Shown piece after piece: positions 29,403-40,844 of a stretch of DNA of 64,000 bases. A program made the position numbers and the translations under genes. The notes beneath the pieces were generated by a model. The model saw nothing but the letters and a program-made list of their open reading frames with translations, did not search any database and was not told the DNA's origin. Source of the stretch: Carpediemonas membranifera BICM (lineage: Eukaryota; Protista; Fornicata); NCBI GenBank assembly GCA_019828565.1, contig JAHDYR010000028.1, positions 124,001-188,000 on the forward strand. Direction: 5' to 3'. Position 1 is the first letter of the stretch, and the number at the start of each line of letters is the position of its first letter.

Positions 29403-30248
29403 ATGTCGGCGTCGGAGTTGGCCGCCATTGTCCGGGATGAGATGAAATCTACTGGTATTTATAGCGAGCTGCAGGCGCAGCTCCGAGCCTACGTGTATTG
29501 TATTGCTGAAAAGGGAAAGAATGTTTCTCGTGAGCCAATTGAGCTTGATCAGAACGATGAAATGATCGCTGTCATGATCATGGACTGGCTAGACGCTAAA
29601 GGCCTGAAGAACACTAAGAAAGTGATCTCAGTTGAGCTTGACAGTGAAAGCCTGCCAACAGCCGAGCAAGTCCGCGCTCGTCTGCCTCAGTCCGCCACCC
29701 CGACCGAGCCCTGCCTCATACGGGCCATGCTATCCTCAAAGAAGTCCGCCCCGGCCGCTCTCGGCCAGGCTGCCCCCTCGTTCAGCGCCACGTCGCTCTC
29801 CGGCCTCTCTGACCTGAGTACGAGCTCAGTCCAGCGCGAATCGCCTAAGTCTCCGGACATCCGGACTGAGATGAGGCCGGAACTTGCTCAGATGGAGAGC
29901 ACGAATGGAATATACCAGCTGACTATCGGCATCGGTCTCGATAAGCCGAGCCTGCCCGACCTGTCGAAGGGGGTCACACCCAACCCGAGCAAGTCGCTCC
30001 CCCCGCTCAGCGGCGGGCCTATGGGCCGTGGGAACCCTCTGGCTGGGTCCTTGGACAAGAGTGCGGACGGCCTCAGCCTGTCGTCTGCCGGCCTCGACGT
30101 CCTCCAGCAGGTTAAGCGGCCTGCAGTGACATATACTGCACCTGAGAAGGAGGAGGAGGAGGATGGGATCGACCTGGAAGGGGAGCTTGAGGACTTCAGC
30201 GACCTCGACGACATCGAGTTCGAGGATGACTTCGAGGACGACAAGTAG
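29403..30248 (+). CDS. FOP/FGFR1OP (CEP43)-like LisH basal-body protein
   Basis: ELAAIVRDEMKSTGIYSELQAQLRAYV followed by LisH (IMDWLDAKGLKNTKKVI). Confidence 0.75.
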   Translation: MSASELAAIVRDEMKSTGIYSELQAQLRAYVYCIAEKGKNVSREPIELDQNDEMIAVMIMDWLDAKGLKNTKKVISVELDSESLPTAEQVRARLPQSATPTEPCLIRAMLSSKKSAPAALGQAAPSFSATSLSGLSDLSTSSVQRESPKSPDIRTEMRPELAQMESTNGIYQLTIGIGLDKPSLPDLSKGVTPNPSKSLPPLSGGPMGRGNPLAGSLDKSADGLSLSSAGLDVLQQVKRPAVTYTAPEKEEEEDGIDLEGELEDFSDLDDIEFEDDFEDDK

Positions 30249-30960
30249 TGAGGTTGGTGTTTGATCATGTTCGACTGCTGTTTGCTGAGTAAATAGACAA
30301 GCCTGCCGTCAGTCAGCTTCAGAAAGACAGCTACGCCCTCAGCCGCTGTTTCATCCCTCTATGTCTGCCCAACGGCATTGTACCAGACAGTCTCATCAAC
30401 GGCCAGCAAATCATCGTCCTTTCTCATGAGGGGCAGCATCAGATCAATGGAATGACAAGTGGCGCCACAGGGCATGTGTTGATCACCGAGAATTGTCGCT
30501 CCTATCGCATGTCGAGATGAGATGCGATCAATTTCCTAAAAGTGCACACAACATTCTGAACATCTCCATCATCGATTTTAGGACGACGACACCGAGATAC
30601 TGAGACAGAGGGCCACCTGCCCTGCGGCCGGCATGGCGCCATCACAGGCTCTTGAGTATCTCAGCGCGTCCACGACCAATTCGATCAGTGCCCGGTCTCG
30701 ACGGCACCTGCTGCATCTTGGTTAGCTGGGATCCCGTGACCAGGCTGACTCATCTCATATCTCTCCGGTCCAGCCGATGTAGCATGGGCTCTATCCATGC
30801 ACATCATCGCGCGCTGAGCTTGATTCAAGTGCGACAGGGGCGACTCAGCCTTCCGTGCTTAAGGCCTTCAACACGATGTGGCGCTCTATTCATGGATATT
30901 GGCCTCATCCGAGGTAAAATTTAAGATTTCTACACGCGGTGACTTCACTTCACAAAACCC

Positions 30961-33900
30961 TCACCCTTGCGCGACAATCCGCAGCAGGCTGGCTGCGACG
31001 TTGTCACCGTCGCCCTCATGAAGAGAGTCCAATTGCCTCAGGAGCTCCACCAGGGCCTCTGGGGCGGGCGTCCCTGCAGTAGCAGCAACCAGGGCCCGAC
31101 ACGTGGCCACTGACCACTGGATCATCGCCACCCGGTCGGCCGACGCCACGCCCTGGAGGGCGGCGGCCATTGCATGCATCAAGGTCTCGTCCAAGAAGGT
31201 GCCTGGATGTGCTGGGCCAAACAGACGAACCAGCAGGGCAATCGTGTGCAGGGCGTGGAGCTGCAGACTTGGGTTGGCCAGGCATGCCACGAGCGGGGTG
31301 AATGCATCCAAGATCTGGGTCTGCCCTGTCAAGATACACTGTGACCGCTGCCTGAGGCCGTTGTCACCAACACCATCGAGCACTGCAGAGAAGAATGCGA
31401 GGATCTCTTCCAGCACGGACACATTCCTCGCTTCGTTCGGGTCGGGGTCTGTTTCAGTAGCTTTAAGCACATCCACCATGAGGGCGGCCAATAGTCGGCA
31501 GATCTCCCTCGTCTGCAGCAGTTCTCTGCGGATATCCCGGTTTGCTAGGGCAATCCGGAGAATGAGCACGACGTCGCTGTGCAGGTGCGGGTGTGTCGCG
31601 TGGCAGAACCCAAGTAAATCTGTAAACACGAGTCGGCTGTGCTGGGCCAGCTCGTCGAGCACGCTCCCGTCCAGAGCGATGCATCGTGCAAGGAGGTGGG
31701 TGCCGATCTTAGGAATCGGGCTATGATCGTACAAGAGCGGCCTGAACACGGTGAGCATGTGTTCCTTGACGAACTTGACCACGACTGGCATGTTTCCCCC
31801 GTCCGCGATGACTGTATTAAGGGCCATCAGCAGGCACGACGCGTAGTGGTAGCGGGTGGCAGGGATGGGGTCTTGGCACAGGGAGAACACCAGCGCGGGC
31901 AGGAACTGGCCGACAGCGAGTGCCATGTCAAACGTGGTGACCTGGGCTGTCACCGCGACACACAGCGACTTCACCATGTCAAGGGCGTCGTCAGAGATGA
32001 TGGGCGTGTTGGTGTTCGGGAGAACTTGGATCGAGAGGGGCAGAACGACCGCGAGGACCTGGAGCATAGAGTCGCACGAGAGATGGGGGCGCAGGTCGGC
32101 GCGGTCGAACGCTGGAGAGAGAAGGCGCGCCTTTTCAATCTTTTGATTAATTGTCACCATTTTGTGGTCATTCCGGATCTCGGATAGGATCTTGCTGAAA
32201 GTCTGCTCCGCCAGCAGCTGGATCTGAGCCGCGAGGAACACGGCGCAGTGGCCGACATAAACTGCACTGTCGAACATGGCGATGCCGTAGATGGCGCATG
32301 CCCTCTTCGTGAGCAGAGGCTCTATCGACGTCGCAGGCATCCCTCTGATCATCTGTCCGCACGCCACCAAGGCCTTTCCTCTGAACAGGGCGTGCGAGTG
32401 CTCAGTGAGCTTGAGGACTGAGTCTGCGAGCACCTTGTCGCCCGCCAGGAGGTTAACTATGCGCTTGGGCGGGGATCCTGTGCTGAAGACGGCGTTGAGT
32501 ATGTTGAGGGCGGCCAGCTGGACCCTAGGGTTGTTCTCAGCGAGGAGCCCGCTGATGGGCAGCACATGCAGTTTCTCCGCAGCAGCATGGATCAGCGCCG
32601 GGTTATTCAAGCCGTGTCGCCCCACAGCGCTGAGGGCAGCAACCCTTCTGTTCGTCTCAGCGGTTGAGTCACCCGGGGTAGAGATAAATCTTCCCATGGC
32701 CACGATGACGGCTGGGGTGAAGAACGTGGCCGTAGCCGCGTGGGGGGTCCACACGGCGATGTTCTCGATGGCCCTGCAGATGTAGTGGGAAACCACGACG
32801 TCGAGGTCGTCGACTCGGTCGAGGAAGGTGGGGATCATAGAGGGCGGGATGCTCTGCCGGTCGGTGCGGCTACCAAGGTAGAACAGAACCTCGGCCAGGG
32901 CAGCGGTGGCCATCCTCCGCAGCCCCTGGAGGTTCTTAGTCGTCGCCGTCTGCAGCGCTTCGAGCAGTGCGAAACCGACCTCGCTGTGGGCCGAGCTCGA
33001 CGTCCGTGCTTCAGCTCTGAACAGCAGCGACAGGACGCAGCAGACCAGGGACCGGGTCGACGGGTCTCTATGCGCTCTCAGGAGCCGCGCCAGGTGGCTA
33101 GGCAGGGGCGAGGAGATCAGAGCAGACGCGACCTCCACAGACTTCAACAGATGCAGCACCAGGGCCAGCACGGGCTTGTGAGAGTCTGACAGGTCTCTGA
33201 TGTCCAGCATGGTGATCACACGACCCGTCCACGCTTCAAGGTCACCGGCGCTCATGCGGGCGAGCTCGGCTGCCGTGGGAGCGTCAGCAGCAAGGTGGTC
33301 ATACGATATCTTCGCGTATCTGTCAATCTGCTTTGTCAACACAATGGGTCGCGCCTTGAGGTCCTCCGCGACCCTGAGCAGTGGCTCGGCGTCAGGGGGG
33401 GCCTGAAAGTCGTCCTCGGGGATGGCAGACATGAACATGCGCGTCTCTGTCTCCGTCGTCGGTGTCTCGGGCGGAAGTATGCCGGAGCCTGACTTGCGGT
33501 TTGAAAGAATCGCGGCAATCTTGGACAGACGGTGCTGTACCGCGTGTGAATCAGATTCATCAAATTTCTGAGCGATCCCCCTGTATCTCTGATACATTGG
33601 CTCAGGTGGCAATGCCCCCAACTTCAGTGGTTCCCCAAAGAAGGGATGGATTGCCAGGGCGGGCCAAGCGAGCCGCTCTCTCGGGTCACGGGACAATAGA
33701 CCAGTCAGCAGACTCTTGAAGTCGGCGTCAGTTCCTGCTGGGATGTCTAGGGGGCAAGTGAGTGTGTTTCTAGCGGCTTGAAGCGGGGTGTCGGATACCG
33801 TGATGAAGGGGTGACGGCCGAACGCCATGTAGTAGAGCAGGATACCCATAGCCCACAGGTCGGTCTCGTATGACGGCACGCCTTCCCTGTCAAGAAGCTC

Positions 33901-34466
33901 GGGTGGGAGGAGACGGACGTGGTCCTTGGCGTCCGCCTCGAACTGCTGCTGGGACCTGACCTGCACATCGTCGACCTGTATGGCGTTGTTGAAGTGATAC
34001 AGCTTAAGGTTGCCGTTGCCGTCTAGCAGGACCGACCTTGACTCGAGGGGGCCGTAGATGGTGCCCTTGCGGTGGCAAAAGTGGAGGGCCTCGCGGATGT
34101 CTCGGGCAAAGAGGCGGGTGGACTCGACAGGGAGGCAGCCGTCCTCCTCCAGCAGCTTCTCGAGGCTGCCACCAGTGCACAGCTCGACGACTAGCCAGAT
34201 ATGCTCCTCGGTCTCGTACCACGAGAAGAAGCGCAGGATGTTTGGGTGCTGGAACGAATGGAGGTAGCGGGCCTCCTTGCGGATATCATCGGTGTACTCC
34301 TTGAGGATGGACTTGGCGGCGACGTACTCCTGTGTGAGCTGGCGCGGTGGAACGGACAATGTTGAACTTCTTCCGAGCCCTGTAGACGACACTCTTCTCT
34401 GTGCGTCCTACCTCGTCAAATACCTGCGTTAGGAAGATTGGTGGTACAAACAATGTACTCTTGCAT
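30961..34466 (-). CDS. ULK4: ULK4/RUNKEL pseudokinase with ARM/HEAT tail (short 5' introns)
   Basis: HPNILRFFSWYETEEHIWLVVELCTGG, degenerate catalytic motifs, long HEAT region. Confidence 0.9.
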
Positions 34467-34683
34467 CCCCGAGATGGTGGGATGATGCTTTTGTCTTATC
34501 GTGCACAAATGACGTTTAATCAGATGATTAGGCCTCCTCCTCCTTGGCAGCCTGCCCGAATCCGACCTCGGTCGCCAGTTGGGTCGTTCTGCTCGTGCAG
34601 GTCGACCACATGCGTCAGCCACTCGCGATCAGCTTCATGATACATGATTTACTCGGCGCGGCATATGTTAACCATAACTCTCC

Positions 34684-35697
34684 TCATGGGGCCAGCTTTG
34701 AGCTGATCAGGGCCTCGTGCTCGATAGCATCCGTGAGGTGTGCGTCCTCAAGAGGGTGGGCGTCAGGCACGTCCGCCACCCGCCGCACAAAGAGCCGGAA
34801 CTTCTGCAGCCGGGAGGCGACGTTCTCGCGGGAGATGCCCTCCACGTTCATCAGACTCAGTACGTTCTTAGGCACGGACGACTTGACGCCCAGCACCCGG
34901 ACAGCAGTGACAAAGCGCTGGTGGAGCTCGGGGGTCCACACCAGACGTCTGCGGCCGTCCTTACCGACCTTGCCCTCGGGTTTGTTCATGTACGCCTCGT
35001 CCTGGTGGGCATCGAAGGCTGCCCGGTCCATCCCATCGAACTGGGGGGCAATGCGCTGAGTCTGCACGAAGCCGGCGGGGGCAGGCTTGGCTGTCGGCGG
35101 TGACGGGGCTGCGCTGGATGCGGGCGAGGCTGTGTTGACGATCTTGGGCACGGACACAGGCTTGGGGACCGATACAGAGATGTAGAGCTGGTCGGACCCG
35201 GTCATGGCCGACTTCTGGACGAGAAGCTGCCTCGAGGTGGAGAGTGGCGCGAGGCGAGTGACATACAGAGGCATGAATCCCGCCGCGTCGGCAGGATTGT
35301 CAACGGGCAGGTCGGGGCGGGAGACGGCATGGCTAGCAATGGTCTGCAGCGGGAGCTCTGGCTCTGGGATGATGACCATGTTGGCGGTGTTGAAGAATTT
35401 GATCTTGGGGATCGTGTCGGTTGGAATCATGACCGGAGCCGGTGGGGCGAGAGAAAAAGAACTCGGGGGGGGCGTTATAGCAGGCGGGGTGGATAATGTA
35501 GGCGTTGGGGCATCTTGGCCGAACGATGAGAGTGGATTCTGCAGGCTGACTAGAGAGGAGCCGATAGCGAACGGATCCTCCTCATGAGTGGGGAGCATCT
35601 TCTCCTTGGAGTTGAGATCCATTGCTAGCGCCGAATCGAAGAACATAGCTTCATCTCTAAAGACGTTGGAATCAAGTAGAAACTCCATTCGTTGCAA
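34684..35697 (-). CDS. GARP/Myb-like (SHAQKYF class) transcription factor
   Basis: RLVWTPELHQRFVTAV...VPK...MNVEGISRENVASRLQKFR. Confidence 0.88.
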   Translation of the reverse strand: MQRMEFLLDSNVFRDEAMFFDSALAMDLNSKEKMLPTHEEDPFAIGSSLVSLQNPLSSFGQDAPTPTLSTPPAITPPPSSFSLAPPAPVMIPTDTIPKIKFFNTANMVIIPEPELPLQTIASHAVSRPDLPVDNPADAAGFMPLYVTRLAPLSTSRQLLVQKSAMTGSDQLYISVSVPKPVSVPKIVNTASPASSAAPSPPTAKPAPAGFVQTQRIAPQFDGMDRAAFDAHQDEAYMNKPEGKVGKDGRRRLVWTPELHQRFVTAVRVLGVKSSVPKNVLSLMNVEGISRENVASRLQKFRLFVRRVADVPDAHPLEDAHLTDAIEHEALISSKLAP

Positions 35698-36149
35698 TAG
35701 AAAAACCGAGCTCGTGTCCTGGGCTCAAGGAATTATTGGCTGCATTTTCCTGCCACCCTGGGAGTCACTCAGAGCACCCAACAGAGAGCGTTGGAGGCAA
35801 CACAGACGACCCTGACATATGTCCTGGGTGTCTAAGTTTTTTTTCCAATTTTTGTCAGATGACCACCAATTCGAAGTCAACCAAAAAATGGGAAGCGCGC
35901 CTGGTCTATTTTCACACTTTCTAACGGAATCCAATGCTTCGCCATTGAAAGTGGAATACGGGTCAAACCAGCCACTCTTGGGCCTGGAAGGAGAACTGGC
36001 GCTGAGTCGACGCGACTGAATGCGTCAATCGCACTGTCATGCAGCCCACCTATGATGTCTGGGGCTGGCGGCAAAGTCGGCATACATCATGTGCCAGGAT
36101 AATAGAAAGGTATGACAAGACGATATAAGACGATGCAGTATTTAACCAA

Positions 36150-36464
36150 TTAGCCGAAAAGGTCGAAGCCCATGTCGGAGTCAGACTCGGACTCCTCAGC
36201 GGGCTCCTCGGCAGCCTCCTCGGTGGCGGCGGCGGCACCAGCGGCAGCGGGAGCGGCACCACCAGTGGGGACGGTAGCGAGCTTCTCAGCGCCAGCGGCG
36301 ATGACCTCCTCGAGGTTCTTGCCAGCGAGCTCAGAGATGATGAGGTCGCACTGGGCGGAATCGGCGTCAACACCGACGGAGGAAAGGACGGAAGTCATGT
36401 CCTTAGCGGAGGGAGCGGCGTTGCCACCGAGGACGCAGAGCATGTAAGCAGCGAGGTTCTTCAT
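36150..36464 (-). CDS. RPLP2: 60S acidic ribosomal protein P2
   Basis: [12 protein letters not shown]...[11 protein letters not shown]...DMGFDLFG. Confidence 0.95.
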   Translation of the reverse strand: MKNLAAYMLCVLGGNAAPSAKDMTSVLSSVGVDADSAQCDLIISELAGKNLEEVIAAGAEKLATVPTGGAAPAAAGAAAATEEAAEEPAEESESDSDMGFDLFG

Positions 36465-36678
36465 CTGTGTAACAGTAATAAGACCGTAAAAGGCACGGGG
36501 AACGCACGGGAAAACGTCGACTTTCTCAGCTACTTTTTTTTCGCAAAAAAATGACGACGTCATTCCTCGACAGCTTGGCAGCTCTTGGTCTGTAAAAATT
36601 CCTCGACAGCTCAAACTTGTCCACCAGAAGGTGCCTTAAAGCCAAGCCCCAGTTTTATCTATACATGCGCGTGGAGCC

Positions 36679-37168
36679 TCATTTTGACTTGACAAGGTAA
36701 ACATTTGTTGTCTCGTTTGTGCTCTCGTCCTTCTTCCATACATGGGTCTCCACCGGGTTGTTAAACCCTGCCGCACGGAGCATTCCGATGATGATGCCAG
36801 TAATGAACGTCGCAGGGTTGAGCTGGCCCGCCTCGATGTATCTGTTGGTGATAGGCACAGACTCGAGAATCATGTCTGGGTGAGACATCCGGGGGTGGGT
36901 ACAAACACGAGTTGTCCGCGGGGATGCGCTGCAGGCCGTCTGCAGGCCGACCGAAGAGCATGCGCCATACATTGTTCGAGATGAACGACAGAAACGACTC
37001 AAGGGTATCTTTCCTGTTGGCCTTCTCACGGTATGTCATGAGTTCCAGGACCTTGAGGCCAAGGCGTTCTCCGGCTGCTTGAAGACGCCCCTCGAGTTCA
37101 TCAGAGCTTGAAGCTCTGCTGTGGAAGTAATTCAGCATCTCTGCGAAGAGAAATGAGAATGAAGACAT
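36679..37168 (-). CDS. TRAPPC5: TRAPP subunit 5 (Trs31), one intron
   Basis: SFSFLFAEM...GERLG...WRMLFGRPADGL / LNPATFITGIIIGML. Confidence 0.88.
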
Positions 37169-37343
37169 AGCGATCTGAGTAAATGCTATATTCGATGAGC
37201 ACAAACGTCCGGGCGCCCCTTCTTTAGTGTCTTTTCCATCGATTTCGTTCGATGATGCTTAACCTGCGTGGTCGGCCACTGCCGCTCCGTGCATGTGCAC
37301 AGTACTACATGAGCGTCACATAAACCAATCCGTCCGTGCCCAC

Positions 37344-37923
37344 TCACTCAGCTTCCGCCTTCTTCTCGTCGACGTAGGCCCGCAGCGTCCTCTCCTGCTG
37401 GGCCAGGCCAGGCTGGTGCCCGTGCATCTTGCGGCTCAGACGCTTGTACAGCTCCTTGGCAGACATAGTCTTGCCCAGCTCGTCTGTTCTCTTCAGTGAC
37501 AGATACCCGAATGAGCTGGAGGCCCTGGGCTTCTCCGACTCGAGCTGGTCTGTCTCCCGTAGATACTGCAACGTCGCAGCAACACCGTCTCTCGCTAGAC
37601 TGGTCGTGTCTGCCGCTGTAAGGTGAAGCGAGGGCGCGGAAGGGGCGGTGCGAGCGCGGGGCTTGCGGCCCTTCTCGGCGGAGGGGTCGTGCTGGCTCCA
37701 CTGGCCAATGCTGCCGACCTTGGCGTCGAACTGCTGTGGTAAGGGCTCTTCGCGTGCCCGTTTCTTCGCTTGTTCTGCCGCATACTGGTCTGAGAGTGTC
37801 TGTTCAGTCATCGCCGTCACCACAGACGACACGCCTTCCAGTCCTTGCCGAAACGCTTCCGCCTTCCGTTTTTTGCTTCCCTTCCTTCGTTTATCCAAGC
37901 TTCTTCTCTCCCGGCCGCTCATA
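37344..37923 (-). CDS. reduced SART1/Snu66-like protein
   Basis: DELGKTMSAKELYKRLSRKMHG matches the SART1 C-terminal motif; GVAATLQYL. Confidence 0.65.
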
Positions 37924-38454
37924 ATGGCCACTGATAAGAGGGATCTGGTCAAATCGATTTATACGTATACATAGCTCTCAATGTACCGGTCCACACCGGC
38001 CAGCGTTAGTGGCAGCTTCACCCCCGACCTATAGGCTGGCCGGCGTTGGACTGATCTGGTCAAACCCGGCAAACCGCGGGTCTACCCAGAATCCCGCTGC
38101 CATCGCTCTGCGTGCTCCAGAAGCATCAGTAACAGCGGGATCCGGGTATAGCCCTGGTATCTTTACTGCTAGATTTGTCTCTTTCTTCTGCCTGCGTTCA
38201 TCCCCTCAGATGAGAATGCCGATCAGACTGAGCATCGCGAGGATGACCCAAAACTGCAGGATCCCGCGGTTCAAGAGAAGAAGCACAATTAAGTTCAGGT
38301 TTGTCGTTGAGTTGTAAATGTTCTCTTGCTTGGAGGTGAGCAGTATCCAGCTGATAAAAACTGAGGCACTAAGGTATACTCCATCTATGCTCCTCTGCCA
38401 TGCCGGAATGTCCATTTTGGACGGGCAGATCCGTCAGATGATTTATGATCGGAA

Positions 38455-39081
38455 TTAGAAGCCAAGAGGGCCGTGGGTAGAGACAGCGATGGCGTGGCAG
38501 CCGTCGGGGATGATCTTACCCTCCTCACGGAGCGTGGTGTACTCCTCCTTCTTGTACTTGGTGAAGCCCCACTTGTCAGAGATGACGATCTCCTGGTAGC
38601 CGGGGAACTTGTACTTGGCACGGCGGAAAGCCTCCTGGACGAAGGGGACAGTCTTCTCACCGCAACGGACAGACATGAGGGGCTGGCCGATGTTCACGCG
38701 AGCAACGAGGCCCTGGGGCTTGCCCCAGGCGTGACGCATACCGGTCTGGAGACGATCAGCGCCAGCGCATGTAAGCATCTTGTTGATGCGGAGAACGTGG
38801 AAGGGGTGGATGCGGATACGCATGTGGAAGGCCTCCTTGCCGCAGTTAGTAACGAGGTACTTGTTGCAGGAGATACGGGAAGCCTCAAGAGCCTCAGAGG
38901 AGATCTGCTCCTTCTCACGGGAGATCATGTGGACGCAGCAGGGGAAGTCATCAACGTGAGCGGACTTGCGGCCAAGATCGTAGATGCGGAGCTTCCCATC
39001 GGGGACACCGCGGTTGAAACGAGACTTGGGGAAAGGCTTGTTCTTGCAGTAACGGTAGCAACGAGCAGGACGGCGACCCAT
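38455..39081 (-). CDS. RPL10: 60S ribosomal protein L10 (uL16)
   Basis: [16 protein letters not shown]...[12 protein letters not shown]. Confidence 0.98.
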   Translation of the reverse strand: MGRRPARCYRYCKNKPFPKSRFNRGVPDGKLRIYDLGRKSAHVDDFPCCVHMISREKEQISSEALEASRISCNKYLVTNCGKEAFHMRIRIHPFHVLRINKMLTCAGADRLQTGMRHAWGKPQGLVARVNIGQPLMSVRCGEKTVPFVQEAFRRAKYKFPGYQEIVISDKWGFTKYKKEEYTTLREEGKIIPDGCHAIAVSTHGPLGF

Positions 39082-39407
39082 CTGTATAAGACGATATATA
39101 ATGCCTAATATCTCTTAGAAGGCAAGAGATGGCCTGGCAACGAACACTTGACGATTAACACGATTCTCGCGCGCACTTTACGCCATAGCGGCAAAAATGG
39201 TTTTAACTATTTTACTCGAGATCCACCAACTCACAGGCCGTGAAACTAACCCTTCATTCTTATATTAGACCAACCTATGTGTCTCTTATTTATATTCCCG
39301 ATACCACTTGTCCTTTTCGCTTCCAATCACTCACCCACACTGAATCAAGTGGTGACCCACGAGAATCAAAAACAAAAAACAAAGAGGTCTATAAAATTTA
39401 TGCGAAG

Positions 39408-40698
39408 TTAGTGGCCGGCCTGGGCGATGTTCTTGCCCTTGGGCTGGTTGATAGCCTTGAGCATCTCGTGGAACCAGGCAGTCTCGATGTCGAAGGGCTT
39501 GCCGCCGGCGATACGGGGGAACTCGCAGGCCTTGAGGATGTTGCTGTCGTTCTCATCGTGGCCAATGACGCCGGACTTGCCAGCGATGGCGCAGTCGACA
39601 GCAAGGTCGGTGCAGGACTTGATGAGGCGGAGATCGTCAGCATTGGCTGGGGCGGCGCGAGCGAAGTAGCCAGACTTCTGGACCATGACCTTCTCAGCAC
39701 CGAGCATCTTGGCGAACTGGTCGCCGAACCACTTGCCGGGGTTGACGGCGTCGAGCTTGATGTGACCGAAGGCGTCGCGGGGGACAGGCTGGCCAGCCGC
39801 CTCCATCTCCTTCACGATGGTCTCAACACCGGCGCCCTCTGAGATGAAGATGTTGACGTTGTCGATCTCGTCCATGACCTTCTTGAGGCGTTTGGCCTCG
39901 GCCTTGATGTCGACCTCCATCTCGGGGATGAAGACAGCATGGACGTCCTTGCGCGCCTGGGTCAGCCCGAGGCCCTCAGCCCACTTGAGCGTGGCGAGGC
40001 GCTCGCGGTATTTGGCAGCGGTCGCGGCAGTGAGCCAGCCGCAGTTGCGGCCCATGACCTCGTGGATGATCAGCATACGGGGGTTAGCGTTGTGCTCACC
40101 GACGACGTTCTCGAAGAACTTGGCGCCCTCCTCCGCGGCGGTCCAGGCGCCGAGAGACTGGCGGATGGGGTAGACGTCGTTGTCGATGGTCTTGGGGAGG
40201 CCGACAACAGTGAGGGGGTAGTCGTTCTCGGCAAGGTAGGCGGCCAGGTCAGCAGCGGTGGTGTTGGTGTCATCACCGCCGATGGTGTGGAGGACATCGA
40301 CCCTGTCCTTGGTGAGCTGCTCGGCGGCAACCTTAAGAGGGTCCTCGCCCTCCTTCACGAGGCCGCGCTTCACGCAATCAGCAACGTTGGTGAGCTTGAC
40401 GCGGGAGTTGCCGATAGGGGAGCCGCCGTGGAGGTGGAGAGTGGGGGCAGCCTGGCGCATCTCGTCAGAGACAAGGATGTAGTCGCCAAGAAGAAGGCCC
40501 TTGTAGCCAGAGACGTAACAGATGATCTAGGTTAGTGGATAGTGAGTGCTGGCGTGTTTAGGCCGCACCAGCATGGCAACAAACCTCGATCTTGGGATAC
40601 AGCTCAGTGTAACGCTCAATGAGACCACCGATGGCGGAAGAGAGGCAAGGAGCAAGCCCGCCAGCGGTAAGGATAGCAACGCGGTTGACGGAAGGCAT
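39408..40698 (-). CDS. PFP: pyrophosphate-dependent phosphofructokinase (intron near 40528-40583)
   Basis: ILTAGGLAPC, GGDDT, PKTIDND, EVMGRNCGWL, SEGAG, KSGYFAR. Confidence 0.93.
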
Positions 40699-40844
40699 TT
40701 TCGTATGAATGCTTGATGTCTTGTCAAGATCTCCCCCGAATCATACAGAATCAGGTCGATCTCGTCCCCTCCGTACCAATTCAATGGACCCCGACCACTC
40801 AAGGTTCCAAATACCCGGCTCCCCGGCATATTATATGTACGGTT

